A stretch of DNA of 64,000 nt from Diplonema japonicum (lineage: Eukaryota > Protista > Euglenozoa: Diplonemea). How positions within the stretch are numbered: position 1 is the stretch's first letter; each line of letters starts with the position of its first letter. The translations under genes and the position numbers were made by a program. The stretch is taken from positions 434,001-498,000 of the forward strand of contig OZ025696.1 of NCBI GenBank assembly GCA_964019335.1. The letters are read 5' to 3'. Positions 27,928 through 37,662 of the stretch are shown here, piece by piece. The notes under the pieces were generated by a model. The model had not been told where the DNA came from and did no database searches. It saw only the letters and a list, made by a program, of their open reading frames with translations.

Positions 27928-30837
27928 TCACTGTGCCATGAGCTTCGGGGAGCAGGTGGCGAGCCTGTGGAGGTGGTTGTCCTTTATGAGTGAGGATGGG
28001 TGGGCATCGTGAACAACAGAGGCGGCGATCAGGGTGGACCGCTCCACCTTCTCCACGGGGTTCACACTGCGCTGGACCACTGTGTCCATGAGCGTCAGGT
28101 CGAAGCAGTGTGTTGCCGCCACCACCACGTGAAGTGACGCGTCTTCCACAGGCAGCGCCCCCGACCTTGTCAGTGCGTCCAGCAGGTCGAATGCCTTGTT
28201 ACGCTCCTTCTTCTGCCCCTCCCCGTCAAGCGCTTCCTCTTCCGCAGGGCTTAGCAGTGTCTTCTGCACCTTCCGCCACCAGTGAGGTCCTGTCTTGATG
28301 ATCGTGGGCCGCAGGCAGTTGTCCTCGTCGAACTCCTTGTACCTCCCTTCCAGCTTCTCGGGCAGCTTGCTAATGTCGTACCCGCTGTTCTCCTCTTCGA
28401 TATTCTGTTTGTTCTGTTTTATCTCTTCCTTCCCTTCTACTTCTTCTCCGCCTTCTGCATCGTGCAAATCATCCCCGCCGTCCTGTACGGGTGCAACGCG
28501 CCCATCCTCACATAGTTCATTGAGCCTGGCAAGCAGGTCGTCCTCCGTTGCTCCTCCGAAGTCATTCTTCTCCATTATGAGGTTGTCCTCGGCGTAACTT
28601 AAGGAGTCCATGCAGTCATCCATAAAATCGCCATCCATGCATTTTTTGTTGTTTCTTGAGTTTGCACCGAACGACTCCATCACGCGTCCCAAGAAGGATC
28701 CTCTACTTCGTTTCTCCTTCATTTCACTTAGCTGGTACCGTTTCCTCTGCAATTCATCGCGCCTCTCCAGCCTCCTCTCAGCGACTCTCTTCTTCTCTTC
28801 CATCTTCAGCCTCTTCATCTCAGCGACTCTCTTCTCCTCTTCGAGGATCTCGTCCTTCGCTTCCTGTATGACTGCCTGCATTGCTTCCACACGGCCCCGC
28901 ACCGCCTCCACCTTGTTGGTCGTAGGGACTCCGTCCTTGTCGAGGGGGTCTGCTTGGAAGGACAGCAGGTCGCTAGAGATGTGGTAGTCGATGAAGAGCT
29001 CTAGGAGGTCTTCCGTGAGGCGTATCTCCTTCGTCAACGCCCCCTGGGGGAGGTTCAGGACACGCTCCAGCTGCGGCTTTATCTGCATCACGCACACTCC
29101 GAAAAGCGTCGCCTCCATCTGCATCGACCTGTACGCTTTCGCAAAGCGCTGCTGCTCGGGTGACAGGGACTCGATCGCGTCCTCGAACTCCTTCGGTGTC
29201 GGGATCTGCTCCAGCTCCAGAGGAACCCGCAGCTCGTCCTTGTTCCGCACCAGAACCGCGTGCTCCGGGAGGAACAGGTCCCTGCCCCCGATCCGACCGA
29301 TCGCGAGTACGAACCCGCTGAACTGCCGCGCCCGTGCCACCAGCTCCAAAGGACCACCTGCCTCCGTCGAGAAGCGGTGCCGTACGTAGGCATGCACGAA
29401 CCGTTCCCCGCCGAACGACACCTCTGCCGCCGCGTTCAGTGCGAACCGCATTCTGTCACCGCCTTCCTTTTCAGAAGATGGGGGAAGGCGCCGCACGGTG
29501 GTCATCACGGGGAGCGCCATTCCGTCCTCTCCAGAACCCTCCACCGCCACCACCCCCTCAGGGTCGTGCCCGTCCCGCCTCACCGCGTAGCAAAACTCCC
29601 TTGGTGCCACCTCTTCCCGGAAAAGCTTCCGGTTGTGGAACCGCATGTACCGCCCGAAGTCTTCTGAAGTCACCACCCGCCCGAGCGCCGCCACCAACTG
29701 CCGCATCAACATCCCCTCTACGAAGTCCAGTCCGGTCCTTGTCCACTCAGCTACTTCCATAAGGTGTTGCAGCACTGTCACGAGAGTGCCTTCTATCCCG
29801 GTGAGAAAGCCTTTCCCGCTCTCGAGGGATTTCTGTACTCTATCAACGCTCTCCTGCAGGCTCCTCACCTCTTCTTCGAGGAACGCTTCCAGGTCGCACC
29901 GCCCGAGAACTTTCCCAGTGAGGTCGTCCGCTACTGCGGTTTTCTGGTGGGCCACTAAAGCGGGTTTCTTCTCGTTCTTTTCCTTCCTCTCTTCCAAGAG
30001 GGCATCCCCTGCCATCTGAAGAACGGGGAGAACTGGGACGAAGATGTCCTCTGGGTTCTGGAGGAAGGTGAGGTCCAGTCCGTGGTCCTGCTCCACGGGG
30101 AAGACGGTGTCTTTGAAGTAGCTCCTCACGGAAGTGCACCACTGCGACAACTTGTTGAAAAAGGCTAGGGCCCCCTCCACCTCGGCGTTCCTCCTTGGGG
30201 TGTGACAGTCCTCTGCATTCCTGTTGATGTCAAACTCCACTTCCAGGTCCCCGTTCACTTGCGTCAGAAGCCAGCTCACGTCCATGTCGAGCCCCTCCTG
30301 CACGCTCTGCGAGGGACGCGGTGACCCCTCTGATAGCGTCTTCACCTTCGTTGCCCCCTTTCTCTCCCGCAGCACCACCTTCTTCGTCCTGTCTGTCCCG
30401 TCAAAGGCCCGCAGTTCCCACCTCCCCTCCACGTCCCAGAAGTACTCCTCCACTGTCGTCACGGTCTTTGTCGTTATCTTCAACAGCCCACCTACGTCTG
30501 TCTCCGTCCCCCTGCTCCCTTCTACCTCCCTCTTTGTCTTCTTGTCGAACGTACACTTCTCTTCCCTCCACAGCGAAAGAGTCACGTGTTTCTCCTTGCT
30601 CCGTTCCTTCAACTCCCTCAGGCCCTCCCTCCCGAGACCCAGCTGCTGCAGGGAGTTCAACGCCCCACCGCACGCCCCGCGCACCATGAACTCCGCAAGG
30701 GCGTACTTGTCGCCATAAGAGTGCCCCACATCACTCCCGAGGCCCACTGTTCGGTTCTGTGCCAGCACCCGCTCCACGCTCCGCAGGCCCCTCTGCACCT
30801 TCGCCCGCACTTGCTCCTCTTCAAGGTACGAAGTCAT
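27928..30837 (-). CDS. Conserved-looking hypothetical protein with a coiled-coil and acidic insertion
   Basis: 969-aa ORF with codon style like neighbouring genes and globular blocks such as QIPTPKEFEDAIESLSPEQQRFAKAYRSMQ. No function recognised. Confidence 0.8.
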   Translation of the reverse strand: MTSYLEEEQVRAKVQRGLRSVERVLAQNRTVGLGSDVGHSYGDKYALAEFMVRGACGGALNSLQQLGLGREGLRELKERSKEKHVTLSLWREEKCTFDKKTKREVEGSRGTETDVGGLLKITTKTVTTVEEYFWDVEGRWELRAFDGTDRTKKVVLRERKGATKVKTLSEGSPRPSQSVQEGLDMDVSWLLTQVNGDLEVEFDINRNAEDCHTPRRNAEVEGALAFFNKLSQWCTSVRSYFKDTVFPVEQDHGLDLTFLQNPEDIFVPVLPVLQMAGDALLEERKEKNEKKPALVAHQKTAVADDLTGKVLGRCDLEAFLEEEVRSLQESVDRVQKSLESGKGFLTGIEGTLVTVLQHLMEVAEWTRTGLDFVEGMLMRQLVAALGRVVTSEDFGRYMRFHNRKLFREEVAPREFCYAVRRDGHDPEGVVAVEGSGEDGMALPVMTTVRRLPPSSEKEGGDRMRFALNAAAEVSFGGERFVHAYVRHRFSTEAGGPLELVARARQFSGFVLAIGRIGGRDLFLPEHAVLVRNKDELRVPLELEQIPTPKEFEDAIESLSPEQQRFAKAYRSMQMEATLFGVCVMQIKPQLERVLNLPQGALTKEIRLTEDLLELFIDYHISSDLLSFQADPLDKDGVPTTNKVEAVRGRVEAMQAVIQEAKDEILEEEKRVAEMKRLKMEEKKRVAERRLERRDELQRKRYQLSEMKEKRSRGSFLGRVMESFGANSRNNKKCMDGDFMDDCMDSLSYAEDNLIMEKNDFGGATEDDLLARLNELCEDGRVAPVQDGGDDLHDAEGGEEVEGKEEIKQNKQNIEEENSGYDISKLPEKLEGRYKEFDEDNCLRPTIIKTGPHWWRKVQKTLLSPAEEEALDGEGQKKERNKAFDLLDALTRSGALPVEDASLHVVVAATHCFDLTLMDTVVQRSVNPVEKVERSTLIAASVVHDAHPSSLIKDNHLHRLATCSPKLMAQ

Positions 30838-30948
30838 TGTATGTGCTAGTGTGCTGATAAAGTGTTTTCAATGTCATTATCATAAAGAAAAAAAGAAAGG
30901 AATATGATAACACAATAAACATGTTGCAATAATATGGGCCGATCAGGC

Positions 30949-32319
30949 TCATGCGTGAGTGATGAACATGTCCTCGTCGAAGGGCGCCCACACCTCATCG
31001 TAGCCGGCTCGGTTGAGCGCCTCCAGTTTGATCTTATAGGGGTACCCCTGGTCCCACAACGCGATAACTGTGCCAGGCGACATGGTGCCTTCGTCGGCAG
31101 CGCAAAGCACCTCGTCGCCCTCCTTGAAACGCAGGGTCTCGGGTGCAATGCACCTATTGAAGCCGTCGCGCAGCAGGTCCTCGTCGAGGTTCTTCCCGAT
31201 GAAGACGAGCTTCGTTTGGCGGGTGTCCTCAGGGGTCCAGGGTTCGAGGGGGAAGGGGCCAGAGCGGAGGTTGGGGACACCTTGGAGCACAAGCTTCGAG
31301 GGTTCGCCCTTTGCGGAGATGACACCCTTGTAGCGGTAAAGCTGGTCGCCGAAGCGGGAGAGGACAGTATCGAGAAACATCGCGAACCCAGCAGGGTTGA
31401 CATCGCCAACATTATTGAAGCAGATGGTTGTCACGCTGTTCTTGACAGCGTGGGGTGCGTGGTGGTGGTGGTCGTGGTGATGGTGGTCATGGTCGTGGTG
31501 ATGGTGGTCGTGGTCGTGGCCCGTATCTTTCAGCAACTCCTTGACCTTCTCGATGTCAAAGGCATTAACGTCAAGGACTGTGGCTGGCTCGACGACGGAA
31601 GACGAGGTCTCGATGACCTGCGCAGTACTGTTGATGGCCTGCACCATGCTGCGGACTTCGTGGATGTCTTCAGGATTGGAAAGGGCGTCCACCTTGTTGA
31701 GGATAATGCGGTCCGCGAAGCCGATCTGGTTGACGACCTCCGACCCTTCGACCTTGTCCTCTAGGTGCGCACGCACGTTTAGCGAGTCGACGACAGTAAC
31801 GACACCATCCAACACAAACTTGTCTTGCATCATGAATGTCTGCACAATCGGTGAAGGGTCGGCCAACCCGGTGGTCTCCACAATTACGGCGTCAAGATCA
31901 GGACGCTCGGCAAGCCTCCCAAGGATTTCGATAAGATCTGTGCGCACGGTGCAGCACAGGCATCCATTGTTCAGCTCAAAGATGTTCTCATCCCCCTTCT
32001 CCTTGTGCACCAGCATGTCATCAATTCCAATCTCCCCAATCTCGTTCTCAATCACAGCGAACTTCCTCCCCTTGTTGTTCCTCAGCAGATGGTTCAGCAG
32101 CGTCGTCTTCCCCGAACCCAGAAACCCCGTGATCACTGTCACAGGGATCGGCTTCACTGCCTCGAAGTCGCCCTCCGTATTCGCAGCCTCACCGGTGCAC
32201 CACCTCACGCTGCTGCTCACCCTCTCCACCCTGGGAACCACCATGGCGTTCGGGATAGCTGCTGCCCTCATGCCACCCCGTGCTCTGCACAAGACCTGCC
32301 TAGTTACCCTTCGGAGCAT
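30949..32319 (-). CDS. CobW/COG0523 (ZNG1-like) metallochaperone GTPase, probably mitochondrial
   Basis: GFLGSGKT, GCLCC, ETTG and NKVD motifs, a His-rich linker and CobW_C domain; Arg-rich acid-free N-terminus. Confidence 0.92.
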   Translation of the reverse strand: MLRRVTRQVLCRARGGMRAAAIPNAMVVPRVERVSSSVRWCTGEAANTEGDFEAVKPIPVTVITGFLGSGKTTLLNHLLRNNKGRKFAVIENEIGEIGIDDMLVHKEKGDENIFELNNGCLCCTVRTDLIEILGRLAERPDLDAVIVETTGLADPSPIVQTFMMQDKFVLDGVVTVVDSLNVRAHLEDKVEGSEVVNQIGFADRIILNKVDALSNPEDIHEVRSMVQAINSTAQVIETSSSVVEPATVLDVNAFDIEKVKELLKDTGHDHDHHHHDHDHHHHDHHHHAPHAVKNSVTTICFNNVGDVNPAGFAMFLDTVLSRFGDQLYRYKGVISAKGEPSKLVLQGVPNLRSGPFPLEPWTPEDTRQTKLVFIGKNLDEDLLRDGFNRCIAPETLRFKEGDEVLCAADEGTMSPGTVIALWDQGYPYKIKLEALNRAGYDEVWAPFDEDMFITHA

Positions 32320-32511
32320 TTTTATTTTCTATTTCGATCTTAGTTACTTCAGCACGAGCAATGTTTGTGAAAGCTGAGGGCCGTCTATATTATTTCTAAT
32401 GTTCCCTCCATAAAGTACTACTCAAGGAGGAAGAGAAAGGAGTCATCAGCAGCATGCGAGTTGGAACGTTTCTTGTTCGAAACCCTGAATATTTCGTGGG
32501 AGGGACACGGG

Positions 32512-34203
32512 TTACAATAAAGAGATGGTAACAACCTCTGACTTGTGCCTCTTTGGCCCTCGTGAAGCGACCCTGTTTACTCGCCGTTTCTCGGAGTATT
32601 CAACAGGCACATCAGCATCGATGACAATGCGTGCAGGGGCTGGGGGAGGTGAGAAGAACTGGGTAGAAGTCATGAATTCAGGAACAGGCACTGCGGGAGC
32701 TTCCTCGATGATGATGGTTTCTGGTAGGACAGAGCTGGACTCTTCCGAATCGCTGAAGAGGGGTGGGCCCTCGCTGTCGGTGTCGGGGACGAATAAGTTC
32801 TCCTTTTGCTCTTCCTCATCTGCAAGCTGCACGACTTCTTGCGCTTCCTTCACCCCCCCGCTTGTAGGCACTACTTTCGAGAAAAACGATGTAATCTTCC
32901 CTGTTGCCTCTTGCTTCCCGGTACTTTGTACCAAGCCTACCCATATTGTCACGCCTCGTACCTGGTCAGGGGTGTGATGGCTTACCTTTGAAGCAAGGTA
33001 CTGCGGGACAAGCACAGTAGTGGAGAGACCTTCAATGTCGTTGCCTTCTACCGATGCAGTCCATGGGGACACCTTGCCGTGCCCGTGGCGTTTCAGAGGC
33101 TCGGGTGCGTTGGGAGTCCGAATGAGAAGCTTGAGACCTATCCTCCTGACCACCACAGAGGGGCAGGCTTCTTTGATGTCGCGCATTGCGGCAATCACCT
33201 GTTTGGCTACATCACGCACAGTATTGACAAGGTCTCCTGCGTGCTGCGGGCGAACTGCCCAGTTGAGGTTCCGAGATAGTGTGCTGGGGACGTCGCCGAA
33301 GAAGCTTGCAACGCCGTACTGCAGGCTGTTGGTCTCCTCTCCGCTGCACGCCATGCGGAGCCGTGTCTCGAGTGCCTTGCCTAAACCAGAGCGGCCGAGC
33401 AAGGCAGGGTTCCTTGCAATATCATCGCATGTGTGCAGTCCAAGGGAGGTGAGCCTCTCGGCTGTTTTCCGACCGATCCCATTGACAGACCGTACACCAG
33501 CTTTGAGGAAGTCCGCAAGGGAGGCGCTCGTCACACGGTTGCCGCCATTTTTTTTAGAGAGGGACGTAGCATAGCGGGCGATGAGCGTTGTGGGCCCCAC
33601 GCCTATGGAGACAGGGCAGGCCGTGATGGAGGTGATGGTGCGTTGGAGGATGCTTGCTGCCCTGCACAGCGAGGCGTGACTTTGCAACGGGGGTTTGATG
33701 TAGACGTCGTCGCAGGAGAGCGGGTGGATGTCGGGAGAGAAGGCAAGGATCACACTGTACATGGAAGCGGTCAACTGTGTCATCAAGGTGAAGAGGTCTT
33801 CGGTAGTGCGGACGTAGCACAGGTCAGGGTCGGCTAGCCTCGCATCACGGACCAGCATGCCTTTTTTGATGCCCGATGCCCGTGCCTCGTAAGAGGCAGT
33901 GCAAACCTCGCTGCCGCTGTCCATTCCAGTCACGACCACAACTTTCTTCCCACGAAGTTTTGGGTCCCTCACGCGGGCCGCGTTCACAAAGAAGCAGTCA
34001 ACATCTAGATGTAGAACACTTGGCACATTCTCTCCATCAGACCCTGACCTATGCTCTTCCATCGCAAGCTGCTCCTTCATTGTCTCGAGGACCTCATTGG
34101 AGGTCTCCTGCTGGTTTAAGAGGATCTTCTTCAGCCGTGTTTTCCATGTCCCCAAGTAGCTAAGACGGCTGCTTTTGGAGTACTGCTCCGCCCGCGTGGC
34201 CAT
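32512..34203 (-). CDS. REV1: Y-family polymerase, compact REV1-like deoxycytidyl transferase
   Basis: N-digit SRLSYLGTWK, HLDVDCFFV, ASYEARASGIKKGM, SCDD, HhH GIGRKTAERL, GHG motif in the little finger. Start codon uncertain. Confidence 0.8.
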   Translation of the reverse strand: MATRAEQYSKSSRLSYLGTWKTRLKKILLNQQETSNEVLETMKEQLAMEEHRSGSDGENVPSVLHLDVDCFFVNAARVRDPKLRGKKVVVVTGMDSGSEVCTASYEARASGIKKGMLVRDARLADPDLCYVRTTEDLFTLMTQLTASMYSVILAFSPDIHPLSCDDVYIKPPLQSHASLCRAASILQRTITSITACPVSIGVGPTTLIARYATSLSKKNGGNRVTSASLADFLKAGVRSVNGIGRKTAERLTSLGLHTCDDIARNPALLGRSGLGKALETRLRMACSGEETNSLQYGVASFFGDVPSTLSRNLNWAVRPQHAGDLVNTVRDVAKQVIAAMRDIKEACPSVVVRRIGLKLLIRTPNAPEPLKRHGHGKVSPWTASVEGNDIEGLSTTVLVPQYLASKVSHHTPDQVRGVTIWVGLVQSTGKQEATGKITSFFSKVVPTSGGVKEAQEVVQLADEEEQKENLFVPDTDSEGPPLFSDSEESSSVLPETIIIEEAPAVPVPEFMTSTQFFSPPPAPARIVIDADVPVEYSEKRRVNRVASRGPKRHKSEVVTISLL

Positions 34204-34204
34204 C

Positions 34205-34552
34205 TTACTTATTTTCTGTTTCTTCCTTTTTTGTTGTTGTGTCTTTCTGCATCGCCTCGTACACCAGTACGGCACAGCCCGCGGTGCTTGCCTTCGACAA
34301 TTTTGAAATTTTCTTCGATACTTTGAGCAGACGGTGGTCCCCTACTGCTGCCTGACTAGGGCACTTGGCCTCCCCTTGATGTCTCTTTAGCTTCCCTGGC
34401 TTTGAAAAACACTTCCCACAGGTTTCACACCTGTATGTCTCTAGCATCCTCGCAGCGAGACTTTGCACAGCCGCACGTTTCCTTTTACACCCGCCCTTTT
34501 TTTTCCCCCTCTTCACCGTTCGTTCCCGGGGGGCAGTAACATCAGGCTTCAT
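34205..34552 (-). CDS. Small basic ORF with a C2H2/C2HC-type zinc finger abutting REV1
   Basis: YRCETCGKCFSKPGKLKRHQGEAKC; the stop is separated from the REV1 ATG by 1 nt. Confidence 0.45.
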   Translation of the reverse strand: MKPDVTAPRERTVKRGKKKGGCKRKRAAVQSLAARMLETYRCETCGKCFSKPGKLKRHQGEAKCPSQAAVGDHRLLKVSKKISKLSKASTAGCAVLVYEAMQKDTTTKKEETENK

Positions 34553-34810
34553 TATAGTGCGTAAGGCCTACGAAAGAAACGAGAGCATTGTGTGGATGTC
34601 CATAAAAATGTAATGAAAAAAGAAAATGGTGCGGGGTGAATAGTTATCCCTGATGGGGTGGGGTGGGGGGCAATGAACTACTGGAAAGTAGCTTTCTCAG
34701 AGCAAAAGAAAGAAATGCTTCAAAAGTCTTTCTCCTTCAGCCGAGAAAGGGGGAAAAGGGGGGGGCGGTTGATTGCAACACCACTTAGCGTTAAGTGTGC
34801 AACGAAGCAT

Positions 34811-35065
34811 GAACTGTCTACTTGATTGCAGGGGGCGCACCGTGGCCGTGTCGTGTCCTTAATGTGTACGGTGTGTAGCTCAACCCCAGCCGGGGTGTCA
34901 CGGGTAACCAAGATTCTACGCTCGTGCAGTTTGCTGCCTGTTCGTCACCCTGAGCATCTGCAACACGTTCTTCCACTCGGGCGCTACCGGTGACGACCGA
35001 CGTGGAAGTCAACAGCGAACAACACATTTGATGAACTTCATATTTCCGTGTTATCCCCACCACCT
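34811..35065. repeat. Unclassified dispersed repeat, copy 2
   Basis: Aligns with 27372-27637. Confidence 0.8.
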
Positions 35066-35108
35066 TTAAAAAAGAGAGCAGGTATAAGAGAGCAAAAATT
35101 AGTTCACA

Positions 35109-35151
<43 letters not shown>

Positions 35152-35158
<7 letters not shown>

Positions 35159-35837
35159 CTCGAGCCGGGTTTTCAAGGGGGGGGAGTGAAAATAAGATTT
35201 TACTTTATGTCACTCCCAGCTTTATTTTCACTCCCAGTTTACCTTGAAATTAGGCCCAGGAGTGAAATAATGTTCGAGCGTGAAGTAATGTAACATTATT
35301 TCACTCCTGGGCCTAATTTCACCTATTTCACCTAGGTTTAGGTCAAGTTACAGCAAGATCAACGCCATCACCCAACGAAACTTCGGTAAAAAAATGCAGA
35401 GCTTTCCCAGGGTTGCACTTCTTTTGAAGAAGGCCATGAGGTGAAAAAAAGCTTCGGTGTTTAGTCAAGAACAAATGAAAGATGGCAATGAAATTCAGCG
35501 ACCCCTAACAACATATGCAGCTTGCATGTTTGCAAGCGGGATGAGGACAAAAGAGTCGCACAAACTGAAATTTAGAGACGTTCTATCTCCCACACCCTGT
35601 AACCCAAATCCCACTTTTCACTTGTTGTAACCCTGTAACCTCCCACCCTTTCAAAACCGGCTCTTGTTAAATAAAACAACGTATTAGTGAAAATAAGAGC
35701 ATTATTCCACTTGTGGTGGCAGGTTTAACTCGTAGCTTTTTACTTCACGAGCGAAGCGAGTGAACTAAGATCCCTACTCGTTAAACCCCCTGCCACCACA
35801 CGTGAAACAATGCTATCTTATTTTCACTTAATAAATA
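35152..35837 (+). mobile_element. Crypton-like element with a central tyrosine-recombinase fragment and an intact terminal palindrome
   Basis: tatata, inverted-repeat body, taaataaaac, about 145-nt palindrome (35684-35830), taaata. 35343-35585 translates SSYSKINAITQRNFGKKMQSFPRVALLLKK...KKASVFSQEQM...FASGMRTKESHKLKFRDV (YR box I pattern). Confidence 0.8.
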
Positions 35838-37445
35838 CTGTAAAACGAATAATGTCGGACGGAAAAATTCTCGGACAGAAAAACTCCCGGACACATTTTT
35901 CCGTCCGGGAGTTTTTCTGAGAAGAAGTTTTTTTACTTAAGGGGGGGTAGCAGCTCCCACCACGTTTGCCTGGAAGGGCTTTATTCCTTGTGCAGAGCCA
36001 AAATGTCACCCTGCGTGGCAGTTTGAATTTTTCTTCCCCTTTCAATGCACCAACAAACAGCACCCACGGGATCTTTAACTTCTCATAAACCCGTACTTCT
36101 TTCGTCAAATTGACCAGTTCGACTACCCATGGCACGTTGAGCAGCTGGCTTGTGAGGGGCCCAACTTTGGTGCTGACACCCCGGCCAGCTCACCCCCGAG
36201 AGGTGGAGGAGATAAACTCCTTACACCGGGCCAGTACAAACCCCCGAAAGCAGCTTGGCGGCCTCTGCCTCGGTCAAGACGGCAGCAACAGGTTCACAGA
36301 GCCCCCGGTTTCTTCCAGACGGAAATACTGGACGTTGCTATTCCACCCTACCACACCCTGGCCGCCGCGACGCCGTGATAGCTGCGTATCGCCCAATACG
36401 GGATTTAGCATCCTTCGGGGGCTGAAAGGTTTTTGCTTGAGTCGATAGGTAAACGGGCTTGGTGAGCCTATCCCAGCACAACAAATATGCACCTATGCAG
36501 AAGGGCTGCTGTGCGCCAATCCAGCCCGAAAGACAGACCTGGTAGACTTTGGTGGGGCACTGTCCTTTTCCACTGGCTAGGCTGACAAAATTTTGCAGCA
36601 AGAAAGACAAAAGCCGCAAGCCACCTCCGGAAAGCCCGGAAACGAGAAGGACAACGAGAAGGCACGCTGTTTCACCATGGAATTCAGGTCCATAATCGAC
36701 ACCCATAAAGTAAGGCCGGAATTGGTCTGGAATACGGGGTTAAAAACCAAAACAAAAAGGGGTGCTAAGGTCGTAAAAGTCCGTGGCTTGGGGGACAAAA
36801 CGGGCTATAACCGAACAGCTGGCTGTTTCCTTGGCTGGATGGTTAAATACAAAGGCAAAGCGGAAACGCAACCGGCAGGGATTATCCGTGCCCCGGTCAA
36901 GCACCCGCCCACCGAATGGAGCCTAACGGCATCGCCCAATCATTGGGCTAATTATGATACTCGGTATCTGGGTTACGGAGCTGTTTCTTCCTTTTTGCTA
37001 TAAATCATCGATTCCCATGGTTTTGCCGAACGGGCCGATTCTGCTGCTTGTCGGCGACCACAACTCTCACACGACCTATGCCTATGGGTTCGTAGAGTGG
37101 TTCGCAGGCGCAAACGTGCACATTGCTTTTGTCCCCCTGGGCTCACCTACATGGTTCAACCGATGGATATTGGGTTGAACGCAGCTGTAAATCATCTATT
37201 AAGAAAGGTAGTAGGCCACACGAAGGCTCGACAAGTTGATTGCCTCAGGGCAGCAAGGGAGGACAAAGATGCAGAAAGGGAACCCTGGGGGTTTCTTCGC
37301 GCGGTTGCAGCCCAGGCCAGCATGTAGGTGGTAGTGGACCAGGCCCCCTGACGGCCTTACCTAAAAAAAAATTCCCGGACGGAAAAATTCCCGGACGCCA
37401 AAAAAACTCGGACATTTTTCCGTCCGGGAGTTTTTCGTTTTACAG
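35838..37445 (+). mobile_element. pogo/Tigger-like DNA transposon with a decayed DDE_1 transposase
   Basis: TA|ctgtaaaacgaa ... ttcgttttacag|TA; subterminal ccggac repeats; fragments SPNHWAN, ILLLVGDHNSH and PPGLTYMVQPMDIGLN. Confidence 0.88.
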
Positions 37446-37449
37446 TAGC

Positions 37450-37486
<37 letters not shown>

Positions 37487-37662
37487 CCCGCCTTCGAAAA
37501 AAAATGAAGCTGGCGCTTTTTGTAGACTTTAAAAAAAGAATTATAAAAAGAGATAAATAAAAAGATCATAAAAGGAGGTTCCTGTTTTGGAACGTCCCCT
37601 TTAAAAAAGAAAAAAAGAATAGAAAAAAAAAGAACACTGCCGGCTGGAAAACCAGCAGACCA

